Below, piece after piece: positions 46,392 to 48,796 of a DNA stretch of 48,796 nucleotides (positions are counted from its first letter, which is position 1; each line of letters opens with the position of its first letter). The translations under genes were made by a program, and so were the position numbers. Source of the DNA: Actinomycetes bacterium (lineage in GTDB: Bacteria > Actinomycetota > Acidimicrobiia > Acidimicrobiales > Bog-793); assembly GCA_021796455.1 (NCBI GenBank), contig JAKACA010000004.1:1-48796 (forward strand), given 5' to 3'. The notes under the pieces were generated by a model, which did no database searches, had not been told where the DNA came from, and saw nothing but the letters and a program-made list of their open reading frames with translations.

Positions 46392-46441
46392 GCTCTGGCT
46401 CCCTCTCGAGTGGTCCTGGACATCCATGGCAAGCGCAGCAC

Positions 46442-46514
46442 CTGCTAAATCTGTTGACATGGAGCTTATATGCAACGGATTTCATTGACAATGGCGCGCG
46501 TGGCTGGGAATATT
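46442..46514. promoter_or_regulatory. Candidate Lrp-type boxes and sigma-70-like promoter for the regulator
   Basis: 15-bp boxes CTGCTAAATCTGTTG (46442-46456) and CAACGGATTTCATTG (46473-46487), centres 31 bp apart. TTGACA at 46485-46490 and AATATT at 46509-46514, just before ATG 46522. Confidence 0.5.
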
Positions 46515-46521
46515 AGCCGCC

Positions 46522-47004
46522 ATGGCGAAAGCAATCGGGGCCTCGACTCTGCACGCGCCGACGTTGGACGAGGTCTCCAAGCGGCTCGTCGAGGAGCTTC
46601 AGCACGACGGGCGCAAATCGTACACCGATCTTGCCAAGTCGGTGGGGCTCTCGGAAGCAGCAGTCAGACAAAGGGTGCGCCGACTCTTGGATGAAGGCGT
46701 CATGCAGATCGTCGCGGTCACCGACCCGACGACAGTCGGTTTCTCACGCCAAGCCATGGTCGGGATAAGGGCACAGGGCGACCTGCGCGAGATCGCGAGG
46801 CGGCTGAGCGCTCTACCCGAGCTCGAGTACGTCGTGCTGTGCGCAGGCTCCTTCGACATCCTCGTGGAGCTCGTGTGCGAGGACGACGAACGACTGCTCG
46901 ACCTGCTCGACGAGTCGATCCGCTCGATCGAAGGCGTGCGGGAGACAGAGACCTTCATCTACCTCCGGCTGGTGAAGCAGACCTATGCGTGGGGCACCCG
47001 ATGA
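46522..47004 (+). CDS. Lrp/AsnC family transcriptional regulator
   Basis: LDEVSKRLVEELQHDGRKSYTDLAKSVGLSEAAVRQRVRRL, AGSFDILVE and ETETF. Confidence 0.93.
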   Translation: MAKAIGASTLHAPTLDEVSKRLVEELQHDGRKSYTDLAKSVGLSEAAVRQRVRRLLDEGVMQIVAVTDPTTVGFSRQAMVGIRAQGDLREIARRLSALPELEYVVLCAGSFDILVELVCEDDERLLDLLDESIRSIEGVRETETFIYLRLVKQTYAWGTR

Positions 47005-47014
47005 GAAGTGCCGG

Positions 47015-47044
47015 CCCGAGCGGGACAATCCCGAGCGGGACAAT
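47015..47044. repeat. 15-bp tandem duplication
   Basis: CCCGAGCGGGACAAT twice, intergenic. Confidence 0.85.
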
Positions 47045-47062
47045 GACGAGACAAGAGGCGAG

Positions 47063-48451
47063 ATGACCGACAGCCACCACATCCAAGACGACCTCGCCGC
47101 CCAGCAGGCCAACGCCCGTGAGCACCTGTGGCTCCACTTCACGCGGATGGGTGCCTACACGCCCGAGCACGAGATACCCATAATCGAGCGAGGTGAGGGC
47201 GCCTACGTGTACGACAACAAGGGCAAGCGGTACCTTGACGGGCTCTCGGGGCTTTTCGTCGTCCAACTCGGGCACGGCCGACATGACCTTGCCGAGGCGG
47301 CTCGCAAGCAGGCCGAAAAGCTCGCGTACTTCCCGCTCTGGTCCTACGCACATCCAGCGAGCATCGAGCTGGCCGATCGGCTAGCCGGCTATGCCCCTGG
47401 CGACCTCAACCGCATCTTCTTCACCACTGGAGGCAGCGAGGCCGTCGAGTCCGCGTGGAAGCTGTCCCGCCAGTACTTCAAGGCGATCGGGCAGCCGAGC
47501 CGCTACAAGGTTATAAGCCGGAACATCGCCTATCATGGAACGTCGCTCGGTGCTCTTTCCATCACCGGCATACCGTCGGCTCGCGTGCCTTTCGAGCCGC
47601 TCGTGCCCGGAGCCCGCAAAGCGATGAACACCAATCGGTACCGCTGCCCCGACTGCGCAAGTCTCGACCACTGCACGATGCGTTGCGCCGACTCTATAGA
47701 GCAGATCATCGAATTCGAGGGGCCGGAGACGGTCGCGGCAGTGTTCGTCGAACCGGTCCAGAACTCAGGCGGCTGCTTCCCCCCTCCGGAGGGCTACCTG
47801 CCTTATGTACGCGACATATGCGACCGCCACGGTGTCCTTATGGTCTCCGACGAGGTGATATGCGCTTTCGGGCGAATCGGCGAGATGTTCGCGTGCGACC
47901 GGTACGGATATGTGCCCGACATGATCACGTGCGCCAAGGGCATGACGAGCGGATACTCGCCGATCGGAGCGATGATCGCGCGTGAGGTGATCATGGAGCC
48001 TTTCCTCGAGCGCGCGGCGAGCTTCGCCCATGGCATCACGTTCGGGGGCCACCCTGTCTCAGCCGCTGTCGCCCTTTCCAACCTCGACGCGTTCGAGCGA
48101 GAGGGGATCATCGAGCACGTGCGACGCAATGAGCCGGGTTTCCGGGCCGCTCTCGAAGGGCTGAGCGACTTGCCCATAGTGGGAGACGTTCGCGGCGCCG
48201 GGTACTTCTATGGAATCGAGCTCGTGAAGGACAAGAAGACGAAGGAGACATTCTCTCAAGACGAGGCAGAACACCTCCTCCGCGGCTTTCTCTCCCCTGC
48301 CCTTTTCGACAACGGGCTCATATGCCGTGCCGACGACCGCGGCGATCCAGTGATCCAGCTCTCCCCTCCGCTCATCTGCGAGCAGGAGCACTTCGACGAG
48401 ATCGCCGCGATCCTCCGACGGGTGCTCGAGGAGGCCTGGGCCCGGATCTAG
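47063..48451 (+). CDS. Class III aminotransferase (putrescine/omega-amine--pyruvate transaminase, SpuC-like)
   Basis: HLWLHFT, YLDGLSGLF, TTGGSEAVESAWK, AYHGT, EPVQNSGG, DEVICAFGR, CAKGMTSGYSP and HGITFGGHP. Confidence 0.88.
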   Translation: MTDSHHIQDDLAAQQANAREHLWLHFTRMGAYTPEHEIPIIERGEGAYVYDNKGKRYLDGLSGLFVVQLGHGRHDLAEAARKQAEKLAYFPLWSYAHPASIELADRLAGYAPGDLNRIFFTTGGSEAVESAWKLSRQYFKAIGQPSRYKVISRNIAYHGTSLGALSITGIPSARVPFEPLVPGARKAMNTNRYRCPDCASLDHCTMRCADSIEQIIEFEGPETVAAVFVEPVQNSGGCFPPPEGYLPYVRDICDRHGVLMVSDEVICAFGRIGEMFACDRYGYVPDMITCAKGMTSGYSPIGAMIAREVIMEPFLERAASFAHGITFGGHPVSAAVALSNLDAFEREGIIEHVRRNEPGFRAALEGLSDLPIVGDVRGAGYFYGIELVKDKKTKETFSQDEAEHLLRGFLSPALFDNGLICRADDRGDPVIQLSPPLICEQEHFDEIAAILRRVLEEAWARI

Positions 48452-48529
48452 GTCATCGCTACCGGCTCGACCCCGCCTGTGCCGCGCTGCAACGCCCTAA
48501 CGTCGTCGTATGCGGCCGGACCCTCCCGT

Positions 48530-48563
48530 CATGTCGGCGACACCAACATGTCGGCCACACCAA
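48530..48563. repeat. 17-bp tandem duplication with one mismatch
   Basis: CATGTCGGCGACACCAA / CATGTCGGCCACACCAA. Confidence 0.8.
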
Positions 48564-48610
48564 GAGTCCATGACGTGACCGACCCGAGCTCCTCAAAGCC
48601 AGTCAGAGCG

Positions 48611-48796
48611 ATGCCACTGCCTGACGGTGACCGTAGGGTGAGCGTGATCGGCGACGTGCAGATCCCGGGTGGTCCGCTCATCCCCGAGAGCGAGTTGCGT
48701 TGGAGGTACTCCGCGAGCGGCGGACCGGGTGGTCAGCATGTCAACACGTCGAACACCCGCGTAGAGGTTGTCTTCGACGCCAGTGCCTCTTCGGCG
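48611..48796 (+). CDS. arfB: Alternative ribosome-rescue peptidyl-tRNA hydrolase ArfB, partial (runs off the window)
   Basis: Not in the ORF track. Manual translation gives ...IPESELRWRYSASGGPGGQHVNTSNTRVEVVFD..., with the GGQ motif. Start at ATG 48611 or GTG 48638/48644. Confidence 0.88.
   Translation, partial: MPLPDGDRRVSVIGDVQIPGGPLIPESELRWRYSASGGPGGQHVNTSNTRVEVVFDASASSA

Noticed and set aside
1-48796. Mobile element, prophage or defence system
   Set aside because: No integrase, transposase, phage, nuclease or toxin motifs, and no tRNA attachment site were seen.

Overview
High-GC bacterial chromosome segment, most consistent with an actinobacterium (Acidimicrobiia-like; inferred from gene content, not verified). 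It is almost entirely coding, with about 37 complete CDS and 2 partial ones. No rRNA, tRNA, CRISPR array or mobile element was recognisable. (1) 0.1-18.8 kb holds three catabolic modules, each built around a paralogous Tat-signal family-5 ABC solute-binding protein, with no permease or ATPase in the window. The modules are a DUF3604/PHP-type metallohydrolase + 2-hydroxyacid dehydrogenase + ThDP decarboxylase, a beta-hydroxyacid dehydrogenase with IclR, and a CoA module (ADP-forming acyl-CoA synthetase, acyl-CoA dehydrogenase, two crotonases, TetR). (2) 19.2-30.9 kb is the most notable system: a complete-looking cobalamin-dependent methylamine/betaine demethylation set (non-pyrrolysine MttB/MtgB-like, corrinoid protein, pterin-binding methyltransferase, RACo/RamA-like activator, DUF1638, IclR, CobA/BtuR) joined to a dimethylglycine-dehydrogenase-like GcvT flavoprotein and EtfBA. 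(3) 31-39 kb is mixed: Mo-oxidoreductase + cytochrome b, class III CoA transferase, an in-frame PncB-PncA fusion, amidase, DUF3048. (4) 39-48.5 kb is a polyamine/GABA catabolic cluster with an Lrp regulator, followed by partial arfB. Non-coding signals include clear operator palindromes (one set lying between two convergent stop codons), a candidate structured leader before the GcvT-family gene, and several 15-17 bp tandem duplications. All family calls come from motifs read by eye; no database search was run.
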